The notes beneath the pieces were generated by a model that did not search any database, was not told the origin of the DNA, and saw only the letters and a list, made by a program, of their open reading frames with translations. Below are positions 30,321-41,670 of a stretch of 64,000 bases of DNA, piece after piece. Both the position numbers and the translations under genes were made by a program. Positions within the stretch are counted from its first letter, which is position 1. Each line of letters starts with the position of its first letter. Source of the DNA: an uncultured Thermotogae bacterium (lineage in GTDB: Bacteria; Bipolaricaulota; Bipolaricaulia; UBA7950; UBA9294); contig CAZGRE010000002.1 of NCBI GenBank assembly GCA_964528085.1, positions 5,150 to 69,149 of the forward strand, read 5' to 3'.

Positions 30321-33151
30321 TCAGCCCGCGACCTCCATCATGGGAGCGAGGACGCGGGCGAGGAATCGACCAGTGTAGGACTGCGGGACCGCTATGATCT
30401 CCTCAGGGGTCCCGGTCGCGATCACCTCTCCTCCTCCGTCCCCGCCCTCCGGGCCAAGGTCGATCAGCCAATCCGCGGTCTTGATAACGTCCATGTTGTG
30501 TTCGATGACGATCACCGTGTTCCCTGCATCGACGAGGCGATGGAGGACGTTCAGGAGCTTCTCCACGTCGGCTGCGTGCAGGCCGGTCGTCGGCTCATCG
30601 AGGATGTACAGCGTCTTCCCGGTAGCTCGCTTCGACAGCTCCTTCGCCAGCTTGATCCGCTGCGCTTCCCCGCCGGAGAGCTCGGTCGCCGGCTGCCCGA
30701 GTTCGATGTAGGAGAGGCCGACGTCGTACAGGGTCTGAAGCCGGCGGCGGATCCGCGGAACGTTCTCGAAGAAGTCGAGCGCCTCCTCGACCGACATCGC
30801 AAGGACGTCGGCGATCGACTTCCCCTTGTAGCGGACCTGAAGTGTCTCGCGGTTGTAGCGTGTACCGTGGCAGACCTCGCACGGGACGTAAACGTCAGGG
30901 AGGAAGTGCATCTCTATCCTCTCCACCCCCTGCCCCTGGCATGCCTCGCATCTCCCTCCCTTCACGTTGAAGCTGAACCTCCCGGCCGCGTATCCGCGGA
31001 GCTTCGCATCCGGCGTCCTGGCGAACAGGGTGCGGATGTCGTCGAACACCTTTGTATAGGTCGCCGGGTTGGAACGCGGGGTCCGGCCGATCGGCGACTG
31101 GTCGATCTCGATCACCTTGTCGATATGCTCAACGCCGCAGATCTCCCGGTGCCTCCCCGGTCGGCGCGTCGCCAGGTGAAGGCGGTGCGCGACCCCGCGG
31201 TAGAGGACGTCCTCCACCAGCGTGCTCTTCCCCGATCCTGAGACGCCGGTGACGCAGATGAACAGACCGAGGGGGAACTCGACGTCGATTCCACGCAGGT
31301 TGTGCTCCGCCGCTCCGATCACCTTAAGCGACTTTCCATTCCCCTTCCGCCGCTTTTCCGGGATCGGGATCCTGAACTTACCGGCGAGGTAACGCCCGGT
31401 TATCGACCGATCGCATGCTGCGATCTCCTCCGGCGTTCCGGCTGCTACGACCTCACCCCCGTGTTCCCCCGCCCCCGGTCCGAGGTCGAGGATGAAGTCG
31501 CTCTCGCGCATCGTCTCCTCGTCGTGCTCGACCACGATCACCGTGTTCCCTAGGTCGCGGAGGTCCTTCAGCGTCTTGAGGAGGCGGCGGTTATCCCGCT
31601 GGTGAAGCCCGATCGACGGCTCGTCGAGGACGTATAGGACCCCGGTCAGCTGGCTTCCGATCTGGGTGGCGAGCCTGATCCGCTGCGCCTCCCCGCCGGC
31701 GAGGGTCCCCGCCCTCCGGTTGAGGGTCAGATAATCGAGGCCGACCGCGACCATGAACCCGAGCCGCGCTTTGATCTCCTTCAGGATCTGATGGGCGATC
31801 GCCTCCTCGCGTTCTGATAGCTTCAGGTTCTCGAAGAACGTGAGTGCGCTCCTGATCGAGAGGGATGTCACCTCGTGGATGTTCAGCCCATCGATCGTCA
31901 CCGCGAGCGGCTCCGGCTTGAGCCGCGCCCCGCCGCAGACCGGGCAGGGGAGGGTCGCCATGAACTGCTCGAGCTCATCCCGCCACTCCTGTGAGCTCGT
32001 CTCCCGGTACCAGCGCTCGATGGAAGGGACGATCCCCCGGAACGGGCGCTTTATCGTCCGCCTGTATCCGGAGCTCGAGCGGTATTCGAATGTTATCGGC
32101 TCGCTCCCCGTCCCGTAGAGGATGACATCGAGCTTCTCCTTCGGCAGCTTTCCGAGCGGCCTGTGCGGGTCGATCTTCAGGTTCTTCGCCAGCCCGATCA
32201 TCTGCCCCTCGATCCAGCGCGACTTCCTCCCGGCGAACGGGAGGATCCCGCCGTCGAGGAGGCCGCGCTCCGGGTCGATCACGAGATCGGGGTCGACCTC
32301 TTTCCGTTCTCCCAGCCCGCCGCACTCCGGGCAGGCGCCGTAGGGGTTGTTGAACGAGAACATCCGCGGTGAGAGCTCCTCGTAGCTGATCCCGCACTTC
32401 AGGCAGGCGTAGTGCTCGCTGTACAGCTCCTCTCGACCATCATCGAAGAGTATCCCGACGAGCCCGCCCCCTTGTTTGAGTGCCGTCTCGATCGAATCGG
32501 CGATCCGAGCGCGCTTCTCCGGGGCGATCGTAACGCGATCGACGACGATCTCGATCGTGTGCTTCCGCTGCTTGACGAGCTCGATCTCCTCGTATAGGGT
32601 CCTGATCACCCCATCGACGCGGACGCGGGTGAACCCCTCCTGGCGGATCTCCTCGAACGTACGCTTGTACTCCCCCTTCCTCCCGCGAACGACCGGGGAG
32701 AGGATCTGGATCCGTGTCCCTTCCGGAAGCTTCATTATTGCGTCGATGATCTGCTGAGGGGTCTGCTGGCTGATCGGCTCGCCGCATTTCGGGCAGTGGG
32801 GGTGACCGATCCGCGCGTAGAGGAGGCGGAGGTAGTCGTAGATCTCGGTCACCGTCCCCACGGTCGAGCGGGGGTTGTGGCTCCGCGTCTTCTGATCGAT
32901 CGAGATCGCCGGAGAGAGCCCCTCGATCAGGTCGACGTCCGGCTTCTCCAGCCTCCCGAGGAACTGGCGGGCATAGGCGGATAGGGACTCGACGTAGCGG
33001 CGCTGCCCTTCGGCGTAGATCGTGTCGAACGCGAGTGAGCTCTTCCCCGACCCTGAGATCCCGGTGATGACGATCAGCCTCTCCCGCGGGAGGGTGACGT
33101 CGATATTCTTCAGGTTGTGCTCGCGCGCTCCCTTTACGCGGATCACCCCGC

Positions 33152-33155
<4 letters not shown>
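30321..33155 (-). CDS. uvrA: Excinuclease ABC subunit A
   Basis: 944 aa; two ABC ATPase modules ([10 protein letters not shown] and [10 protein letters not shown]) plus zinc-finger Cys clusters. Confidence 0.97.
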
Positions 33156-35146
<1,991 letters not shown>

Positions 35147-35192
35147 CCTAGTCTAGGATGGTACCTGATCACCGAAAACCGGTCAACGGACG

Positions 35193-35480
35193 TCAGTGAA
35201 CGATCCTGAAATCGGGGAAGCTCCCGGTCGCCTCCTCCCAGCGGACCTCTACCTTCTCCACGATCGCCGCGTCCGGGCCGTGATGGAGCCAGGCTAAAAA
35301 CTCGTTCAGCCGCTCCTTCGGCCCCTCGGCGATCACCTCTACGCTTCCGTCCGGGAGGTTACGGACCGTCCCGGTTATCCCGAGCCGCTCCGCCTCGAGC
35401 CGCGTGTTGTACCGGAAGAAGACCCCTTGAACGATCCCATGTACGATTGCAAAAAGTCGCCCCTTGTCATCCATCGGCAT
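35193..35480 (-). CDS. acyP: Acylphosphatase
   Basis: VHGIVQGVFFRY...GTVRNLPDGSVEV signature motifs. Confidence 0.88.
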   Translation of the reverse strand: MPMDDKGRLFAIVHGIVQGVFFRYNTRLEAERLGITGTVRNLPDGSVEVIAEGPKERLNEFLAWLHHGPDAAIVEKVEVRWEEATGSFPDFRIVH

Positions 35481-35523
35481 CCTCCGGGTGAATTCTACCG
35501 TTGCGGGGGGGCGAGTAAAGCAT

Positions 35524-35551
35524 TTGCCTCGCAGGCCTTATCGAATAGAAT
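35524..35551 (+). promoter_or_regulatory. Sigma-70-like promoter candidate (TTGCCT - 16 nt - TAGAAT) for the small ORF at 35585
   Basis: -35 TTGCCT at 35524-29 and -10 TAGAAT at 35546-51 with a 16-nt spacer; about 20 nt upstream of the AAGGAGGG RBS; lies in a divergent intergenic region. Confidence 0.4.
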
Positions 35552-35584
35552 CAAGCCCGATTAAACCTCAACAAGGAGGGAGAT

Positions 35585-35737
35585 ATGGCGTTTGTCTCGA
35601 AGAAGGACCTGATCGAGAAGCTTCGGCCCCTCGTCGAGAAGCTCTCCCGCCTGCAGGAGGAGCTCGACGACCTCTCCGACGGGGTGGAGAACCTGGTGAG
35701 GGATATCGAGGACGCCCTCGACGAGGCCGAGGACTGA
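35585..35737 (+). CDS. Small acidic coiled-coil protein (50 aa), hypothetical; not in the ORF track because it is under 60 aa
   Basis: ATG at 35585 preceded by AAGGAGGG at 4-nt spacing; MAFVSKKDLIEKLRPLVEKLSRLQEELDDLSDGVENLVRDIEDALDEAED has a heptad pattern; GC3-rich codon usage matches the neighbours. Confidence 0.55.
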   Translation: MAFVSKKDLIEKLRPLVEKLSRLQEELDDLSDGVENLVRDIEDALDEAED

Positions 35738-35773
35738 GCTACGAGCCGGCCTGACGGCCGGCTCCTCCTCCGA

Positions 35774-36262
35774 TCAGGTGCTTCCTTCTGGTCTTTGCTC
35801 GAGGTAGGGATCGAGGAGGGAGAGGATCCGCATGAGCGGTTCGATGTCCTCGTCGCTGAACGCAGCAGGTTCGGTCGAGTCGATATCGAGGACGGCGACC
35901 GGCCTCTTTCCGCTTAGAAGAGGAATCGCGATCTCGCTTTTCGTTCGCGGGTCGCACGGTATATGGCCGGGGAATTCATCGACGTTCGGGACGACGACCG
36001 GTAGCCTCATTTGCACGGCGGCGAGGCAGACCCCCTCCCCTTTTAGAGTCTGACATGCGACCGGCCCCTGGTACGGCCCGACGTGGAGCTCAGTATCCCC
36101 TGCGACGAAGTAGAAGCCGGTCCATGAGTGATGCGGCATCTTTGCATGGAGGATGGCGCACGCTGTAGACATCGCTGCGATCAGGTTCGGGGATCTCCCT
36201 CTGATGAGGGGTTCCAACTGCTCATAGATCCTCCGGTAGCGTGATAGGCGCTTCTCATCCAT
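35774..36262 (-). CDS. msrC: GAF-domain free methionine-(R)-sulfoxide reductase
   Basis: HSWTGFYFV...GPYQGPVACQ...GEGVCLAAV...HIPCDPRTKSEIAIPL...VAVLDIDS match the fRMsr (YebR) signature blocks. Confidence 0.85.
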   Translation of the reverse strand: MDEKRLSRYRRIYEQLEPLIRGRSPNLIAAMSTACAILHAKMPHHSWTGFYFVAGDTELHVGPYQGPVACQTLKGEGVCLAAVQMRLPVVVPNVDEFPGHIPCDPRTKSEIAIPLLSGKRPVAVLDIDSTEPAAFSDEDIEPLMRILSLLDPYLEQRPEGST

Positions 36263-36313
36263 GAATATCTCCTTACAGGCTTAAAAGTACTCAGGATTAT
36301 AAGGGGATTTATC

Positions 36314-37696
36314 TCACGGGGCGGGATGCGGGGCGGGGCAGGCCCCGGCGGCCGCAGGCCGGGGTTCGCTCCGCTTCGCCGTTTCCCCCTGCGGCTCGGG
36401 GACGGTCCGGAGAATCCCAAGGCTGAGGACGAGGAGGATGGCCGCTCCGGCGAACGCAAGCTCGTACCCGCCGGATCTGGCGAGGAGCCCGCTTCCTATC
36501 CCGGCGACGATCCAGCCGGCACCGGCGAGGGCGTTGTACGCCCCGAGGGCGAGGCCGCGGTTCTCCCTCTTGGCGAGCCGCGAGGTCAGGGCGACTCCCG
36601 ATAGCTGGAAGAACGACCAGGTGATCCCGTAGACGAGGAATGCAGGGACCATCACCCAAGGAGGGGGAGCCCCTCGGGACAGGCCGAGGAATAGGGCCGA
36701 TCCGCCGAAGAGGAGAGCGCGTATGAGGAGCGAGCCGGTCTGAACGCGCTTGTTCCCCCTCCGCTTGATCCTCCGTGCCGCGATCGGGTAGGCGGCGATC
36801 ACCCCGAGCTGCTGAATCGTGAAGTAGAGGAAGACGGACGACGCCGGTAGGGAGAAACGTTCGACGAGGAGGAGGGGGAGGGGGATCCCGAACATTCCGA
36901 GGGCGGCGAACGCGACGAACGTCGAAGCGAGGAACCGCTTCGTCCCCGTGAGGAAGCCGTCCGGATGGGAGAGTGACTCGATCACCCTCCGCGGGTGGAA
37001 GCGGTGATAGATGTGGAACGGGGCGAACCTCGCCCGTTCGATCAGGAGGTTCCCCAACGCCAGGGCCGCTCCGAGGAACCGCCGGCGGGTGTAGACCGGC
37101 CGTGTCCGCGGTATCAGCCGGCCGGCGAGGAACGCCGCGGCCATGCTCGCCATCCCGCTTACCAGAAAGAGAACCCTGATTGCCCCTGTCTCGGGGAGGA
37201 TCCGCTCGGCTAGGGTGAGGAGGCCGCTTCCGAGGAGGAGGCCACTCAGCCAGCCGATTGCGCCGATCTGATTCAGCCGCCCGATCTTCCCCTCCCATGT
37301 CGACTGATCGCGGTTCTCGATCACGAGGAGGACGGTCACCGCCGCGCTCGCCACCCAGAAGAAGTTCATGAACATGTTGAGCCCGAGAAGCTGGTCGAAC
37401 GAGCCGGAGAAGGATATGGCGACGAACGAAGCGGCGCTGGCAGCGTAGCTCGCGACAACGAACGGCTTCCTCCGGTGAACGGCGTCGGAGGCCCTCCCCC
37501 AGATCAGGCTTCCGATCAGTCCGGCGAAGCTCGCCGCGCTGGCGAGAAACCCGAGCGAGCCCGCCGATCGGCCGAAGACCTCGGATACAGAAAGAGGGAT
37601 CAATACGGAGGAGGTCCCCATGACGAGGTTGGCGAGGAAGACGGCGGCGTACCACCCTTCCGTCTCGTTCAGCCAGCTTCGAACCCTTGTGCGCAT
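36314..37696 (-). CDS. MFS transporter
   Basis: 460 aa; 12 predicted TM helices; the 36309..37655 minus ORF in another frame is a shadow. Confidence 0.8.
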   Translation of the reverse strand: MRTRVRSWLNETEGWYAAVFLANLVMGTSSVLIPLSVSEVFGRSAGSLGFLASAASFAGLIGSLIWGRASDAVHRRKPFVVASYAASAASFVAISFSGSFDQLLGLNMFMNFFWVASAAVTVLLVIENRDQSTWEGKIGRLNQIGAIGWLSGLLLGSGLLTLAERILPETGAIRVLFLVSGMASMAAAFLAGRLIPRTRPVYTRRRFLGAALALGNLLIERARFAPFHIYHRFHPRRVIESLSHPDGFLTGTKRFLASTFVAFAALGMFGIPLPLLLVERFSLPASSVFLYFTIQQLGVIAAYPIAARRIKRRGNKRVQTGSLLIRALLFGGSALFLGLSRGAPPPWVMVPAFLVYGITWSFFQLSGVALTSRLAKRENRGLALGAYNALAGAGWIVAGIGSGLLARSGGYELAFAGAAILLVLSLGILRTVPEPQGETAKRSEPRPAAAGACPAPHPAP

Positions 37697-37883
37697 CGCT
37701 GCTCCTTCTTCCCGCCTCTCTCAGAATGGGCGGGAATGATCCGCGGAGTATACACCCCTATCTCAGCTTGTCAAGGGCGTGGAATTTGCATGGTTTGGGA
37801 ACTTTCGTCTAACGTTCGGCTGAGCCTTCCCCGTTCGGATAAGATTCGAATCGAAGGAAGGCCGACACGAGAAGGAGGGGCTG

Positions 37884-38402
37884 ATGGAAGACATTCTCCG
37901 GTTGATCGAGAAGAGACGGTCGATCCGCAGGTTCACCGGTGAGCCGGTCGAGCGGGAGAGGCTCGTGGTTGCGCTCAAGGCGGCGATGGCGGCTCCGTCC
38001 GCCAACAATAGCAGGCCGTGGCGATTCATCGTCGTGACCGAGAAGGAGAAGGTCCAAGCCTTATGCCGCGCGCACCCGTACGCTGCGTTTGGGGTCGACG
38101 CCGGTGCCGTTGTTCTCCCGTTCGGGAAGAAGGAGGGATACGACTGGTTCGATCAAGACATGGCCGCTGCGACCGAGAACCTCCTGATCGCCGTCGCGAA
38201 CCTCGGCCTCGGCGCGACGTGGTGTGGGATGCGCGATCGCTATCAAGACAAGATACGCGAGATCGTCGGCCTCCCGGCCGATCAGTACGTCTTCGCCCTC
38301 ATCCCGGTCGGCGTCCCGGCGGAGGAGAAGGGGCCGCGGGGCGATTACGAGGAGGATAGGGTCTACTGGGAATCGTACTCGCGAAATCCAGGTATGGCGT
38401 AG
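37884..38402 (+). CDS. Nitroreductase family protein
   Basis: RRSIRRF...PSANNSRPWRF FMN-binding nitroreductase motifs. Confidence 0.85.
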   Translation: MEDILRLIEKRRSIRRFTGEPVERERLVVALKAAMAAPSANNSRPWRFIVVTEKEKVQALCRAHPYAAFGVDAGAVVLPFGKKEGYDWFDQDMAAATENLLIAVANLGLGATWCGMRDRYQDKIREIVGLPADQYVFALIPVGVPAEEKGPRGDYEEDRVYWESYSRNPGMA

Positions 38403-39070
38403 CCGACCCTCTCCGCCTTGCAGTGGGAGCGGAGGAGTTCAGCGTAGTCGGCGGCGATCCCGACGAGACGCTCGGGGGGTTCATCAGCCGGCGCGTAGAG
38501 GACGGCGATGACATCCCTGGTTGCCTCGCTGATCTTCGTTTCCATCGCGTCCTTCACCGGGTTTCCGCATGGAACCCAGGTGTCGTTCCTCAGCCGACAG
38601 ACGACGAGTAGGTCCTCGAGATCGATCGTCTGACCGGATCGGTTGAATGCGTACGACTCCCCGGGGCGTCCCCACCTGAGGAGGAGCCTTCTTCCGGAGA
38701 GCCTAGCGTCGAAGATCGATCCGGGAAGCCCGGTCTCCAGGCTTATCGCGTTGTTGACATCGACAGGGGGGTTGATGAGAGGGAACCTTCCATTGAGCGC
38801 AGCGCGGAGGAGGAACTCGCTCGCCGGCCTCCCCCGCCCGCTCGCCCGGTATTTTCCATGCTTCAACATCCGCCTCACACGCGCTCTTTGCTCCTGCGGG
38901 ATGAATCCCTCTCCGATCTTTTGCGCCCGGGCGATCGTATCAGCAAGGAACGGAGGCGCCTCAACGGTCGGGTGAGGGGGTGCGATCCCTTCGGCGTAGA
39001 TCAAGGCGGGGAGGACGGGGGATGGCGATAAGGAGGGGTCAAGCTCGATTTTGTATCCGTTTTCGTTCAT
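38363..39070 (-). CDS. B3/B4 tRNA-binding-domain protein (COG3382, PheT-like domain)
   Basis: GRGRPASEFLLRAALNGRFPLINPPVDVNNAISLETGLPGSIFD...LLVVCRLRNDTW matches the stand-alone B3/4 domain consensus. Confidence 0.55.
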   Translation of the reverse strand: MNENGYKIELDPSLSPSPVLPALIYAEGIAPPHPTVEAPPFLADTIARAQKIGEGFIPQEQRARVRRMLKHGKYRASGRGRPASEFLLRAALNGRFPLINPPVDVNNAISLETGLPGSIFDARLSGRRLLLRWGRPGESYAFNRSGQTIDLEDLLVVCRLRNDTWVPCGNPVKDAMETKISEATRDVIAVLYAPADEPPERLVGIAADYAELLRSHCKAERVGYAIPGFREYDSQ

Positions 39071-39089
39071 GTGGGTCCTGGGCTTCTCA

Positions 39090-39503
39090 TCACCGCGTCG
39101 GGACGGGGGTGCCGGTCTTGAGCTCGAAGCTTGCCGTCACGTCGTTGGCGATCACTGTATACACCCCGGCCGGCATCCCCTCCACAGCGAGAGGGGTGGT
39201 GATCTCGAACGGTGTGGTCGTTTGGGCGCAGATCTCATGGACCGGCCGGCGGGTCGTGATCGTGAGGATGAAGGTGTGGTTCCGGATCTCTTGTTTCACC
39301 GAATCGATCTCGGTGCACGCGTCCGGGAGGGTACCGTGGACGATGACACTAACCTGCGGCGGGACCGAGTCCGTTGTCCTCACCTCCACGGCATCGATCC
39401 TCGCCTCGCGGTAGAAGTACTCGGGCGATCCCTTGTTGGAACGGCAACCGGAGAGGATGAGAAGGAGGGCGATAATAATGCCAAAAGAAACGTAACGTCC
39501 CAT
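39090..39503 (-). CDS. Hypothetical lipoprotein (137 aa)
   Basis: ATG at 39503 gives MGRYVSFGIIIALLLILSGC (lipobox); the rest of the 39090..40394 track ORF is antisense to the nucleoside hydrolase and low-complexity. Confidence 0.55.
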   Translation of the reverse strand: MGRYVSFGIIIALLLILSGCRSNKGSPEYFYREARIDAVEVRTTDSVPPQVSVIVHGTLPDACTEIDSVKQEIRNHTFILTITTRRPVHEICAQTTTPFEITTPLAVEGMPAGVYTVIANDVTASFELKTGTPVPTR

Positions 39504-39636
39504 TCTCACCGCTCTTCCTCTCCTCCTTGCGCCTGGTGCACCTATTGCTCTCCGATATCCTACACCAGAATCGCCGGAGGGGAAACTTCGGGACCGACCG
39601 ATTGCTGAACCCCCCTCCAGTCGAATAGTATTCCCG

Positions 39637-40578
39637 TTGGCGGAGGAGGCTGATTTGAGACACTTCCTGATCGATACGGATACCGCATCCGACGATGCGG
39701 TCGCCCTTCTTATGGCCCTTCGCACGGAAGGGATCAGAGTCGAGGCGATAACGGTCGTTGCGGGTAACGTTCCCCTTGAGCAAGGGGTGCAGAATGCCCT
39801 GTACACGGTCGAGCGCTCCGGGGCGAAGGCCCCGGTGTATCCCGGCCTTGCAAAGCCGCTCCTCCGGCCGCTACGCACAGCACAATTCTGCCATGGGAAC
39901 GACGGGATGGGTGATATCGGCCTCCCGTTGTCCGGGCGGAGGCCCGCATCTGGGAACGGGGTCGATGCGATCGTCGACACGATCCGTCGCTTTCCGGGTG
40001 AGATCACCCTCGTCACCCTCGGCCCGCTGACGAACGTGGCCGTGGCGATCCTTAAGGAGCCGGCGCTCGTTGGGATGGTGAAGGAATGCGTGGTGATGGG
40101 AGGGATCGGTCTCGGGCACGGTAACGTCGTCCCGGCGGCCGAGTACAACATATGGGTCGATCCCGAGGCGGCGAGGATCGTCTTTAACTCCGGCCTTCCG
40201 ATCACGATGGTCGGATGGGAGATCTCCCGCAGGTATGCGGCGTTTAACGCTGACGATGCCGAGGGGCTCCGGAGTGTATCGGAGCTCGGGGAGTTCGTCG
40301 TCTCGATCCAGAAGGCGATGCGTGTCTTCTGCATCGAGAAGCTGAAGCAGGATGGGTTCGATCTCCCCGATCCGATTGCCATGGCTGTAGCCATCGACCC
40401 GGAGGTCGCCGTCAGGATGGAGCGCCTCCACGTCGACGTCGAAACGAAGGGGGAGCTGACCGCTGGTGAGACCGTCGTCGATCATCTTGGGATCACAGGG
40501 GAGCCGGCGAACGCGAACGTAGTCCTTGAAGCATCGCGCGAACGGTTCCTCTCCGTGTTGTACGACTCCCTCCGCTGA
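39637..40578 (+). CDS. Inosine-uridine preferring nucleoside hydrolase; probable TTG start at 39655
   Basis: N-terminal DTDTASDD calcium-binding motif; IUNH fold; GGAGGAGG RBS 8 nt before the TTG at 39655. Confidence 0.85.
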   Translation: MAEEADLRHFLIDTDTASDDAVALLMALRTEGIRVEAITVVAGNVPLEQGVQNALYTVERSGAKAPVYPGLAKPLLRPLRTAQFCHGNDGMGDIGLPLSGRRPASGNGVDAIVDTIRRFPGEITLVTLGPLTNVAVAILKEPALVGMVKECVVMGGIGLGHGNVVPAAEYNIWVDPEAARIVFNSGLPITMVGWEISRRYAAFNADDAEGLRSVSELGEFVVSIQKAMRVFCIEKLKQDGFDLPDPIAMAVAIDPEVAVRMERLHVDVETKGELTAGETVVDHLGITGEPANANVVLEASRERFLSVLYDSLR

Positions 40579-40622
40579 GGCCGTCGATCCTGTACAATCT
40601 TTGGCTTACGAAAGGAGATTGG

Positions 40623-41606
40623 ATGCCGGAGGGTTTAGGGCGCGTGATAGGGAGGATCAAGGAGGGGGAGCGGTTCCTCGTCATCGGGCACATAAAGCCC
40701 GACGGGGATGACATAAGCTCGGTCGCCTCCCTTACGATGATCCTCCGCAAGGCGGGGAAGATCGCAGAAGGGTGCATCGCCGATCGGATCCCGTGGTTCT
40801 TCAGGAGGCTCGCCGGAGCCGGATCGATAAAGGGTGTCGATGAGCTGCGCGGATATCGATTCGACACTTCGATCACCGTCGATGCCTCCGATCTCTTCCG
40901 GATCGGGGAGGCGGTCGAGCTCCTCGGAGGTGATATCCCCGATATCACCCTCGATCACCACAAAACGAACAAGGGGTTCGGGAAGATCGATTTCTGCGAT
41001 CCCTCCTACGCCGCAGCCGCGATGATCGTCTATGAGATCGGAAAACAGCTGGTCGACTACGATCCCGAGCTCGCCGAGGCGACCCTCCTCGGGATCGCCA
41101 CCGACACCGGCTTCTTCAAGTATGCGAACACCGACGAGCGGGTCTTCGCCTACGCCGCTGAGCTCGTCCGGAACGGGGCCGACATCCAGCGGATCGCATC
41201 CGCTGTCCTCGAGCATCGGACGGTGGACGAGATAAAGCTTCTGATCGACATGTTCGCCACCCTCAAGCTCTCATTGGGCGGGAGGCTCGCCACGGCGTAC
41301 GTCTCAGCAGAGATGATCGAAAGAAACGGCTGCACCGAGGATGATACCTCGGGGATGGTCGGTGAGATCCGCGCGATAGACGGGGTCGAGGTTGCAATCC
41401 TGTTCATCGAGTGGCCGCGGAGGAACGTCCATGTATCGTTCCGCTCGAAGGAGTACGTCGACGTGAGCGAGATCGCGATCGCCTTCCGCGGCGGAGGTCA
41501 CTCCCGTGCCGCCGGGTGCAGCCTTGCGGGCGTGGAGTTGGAGGATGTGATGAAGAAGGTCATCCCCTTCGCTGAGAAGGCGATCGAGGCGGCTTCTCCG
41601 GCCTGA
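40623..41606 (+). CDS. nrnA: DHH/DHHA1 phosphoesterase (NrnA-type oligoribonuclease/pAp phosphatase)
   Basis: DHH motifs HIKPDGDDISS...DHH; C-terminal DHHA1 GGGH motif (AFRGGGHSRAAG). Confidence 0.85.
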   Translation: MPEGLGRVIGRIKEGERFLVIGHIKPDGDDISSVASLTMILRKAGKIAEGCIADRIPWFFRRLAGAGSIKGVDELRGYRFDTSITVDASDLFRIGEAVELLGGDIPDITLDHHKTNKGFGKIDFCDPSYAAAAMIVYEIGKQLVDYDPELAEATLLGIATDTGFFKYANTDERVFAYAAELVRNGADIQRIASAVLEHRTVDEIKLLIDMFATLKLSLGGRLATAYVSAEMIERNGCTEDDTSGMVGEIRAIDGVEVAILFIEWPRRNVHVSFRSKEYVDVSEIAIAFRGGGHSRAAGCSLAGVELEDVMKKVIPFAEKAIEAASPA

Positions 41607-41628
41607 CCCTTGATCCTTAGAAAAGAAA

Positions 41629-41654
41629 AGGCGCGACCCGCTTGGGCCGCGCCT
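41629..41654. terminator. Bidirectional intrinsic terminator between convergent nrnA and the S8 protease gene
   Basis: AGGCGCG-12 nt-CGCGCCT hairpin flanked by AAAAGAAAAG on the plus side (a T-run for the minus strand) and TTTCG after the stem. Confidence 0.55.
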
Positions 41655-41670
41655 TTCGATCGCTAGACCG

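Noticed and set aside
39504-40394. Upstream 297 aa of the track ORF 39090..40394 (minus)
   Set aside because: Antisense to the nucleoside hydrolase; Ser/Thr/Ala-rich low complexity; the real gene is the 137-aa lipoprotein starting at 39503.
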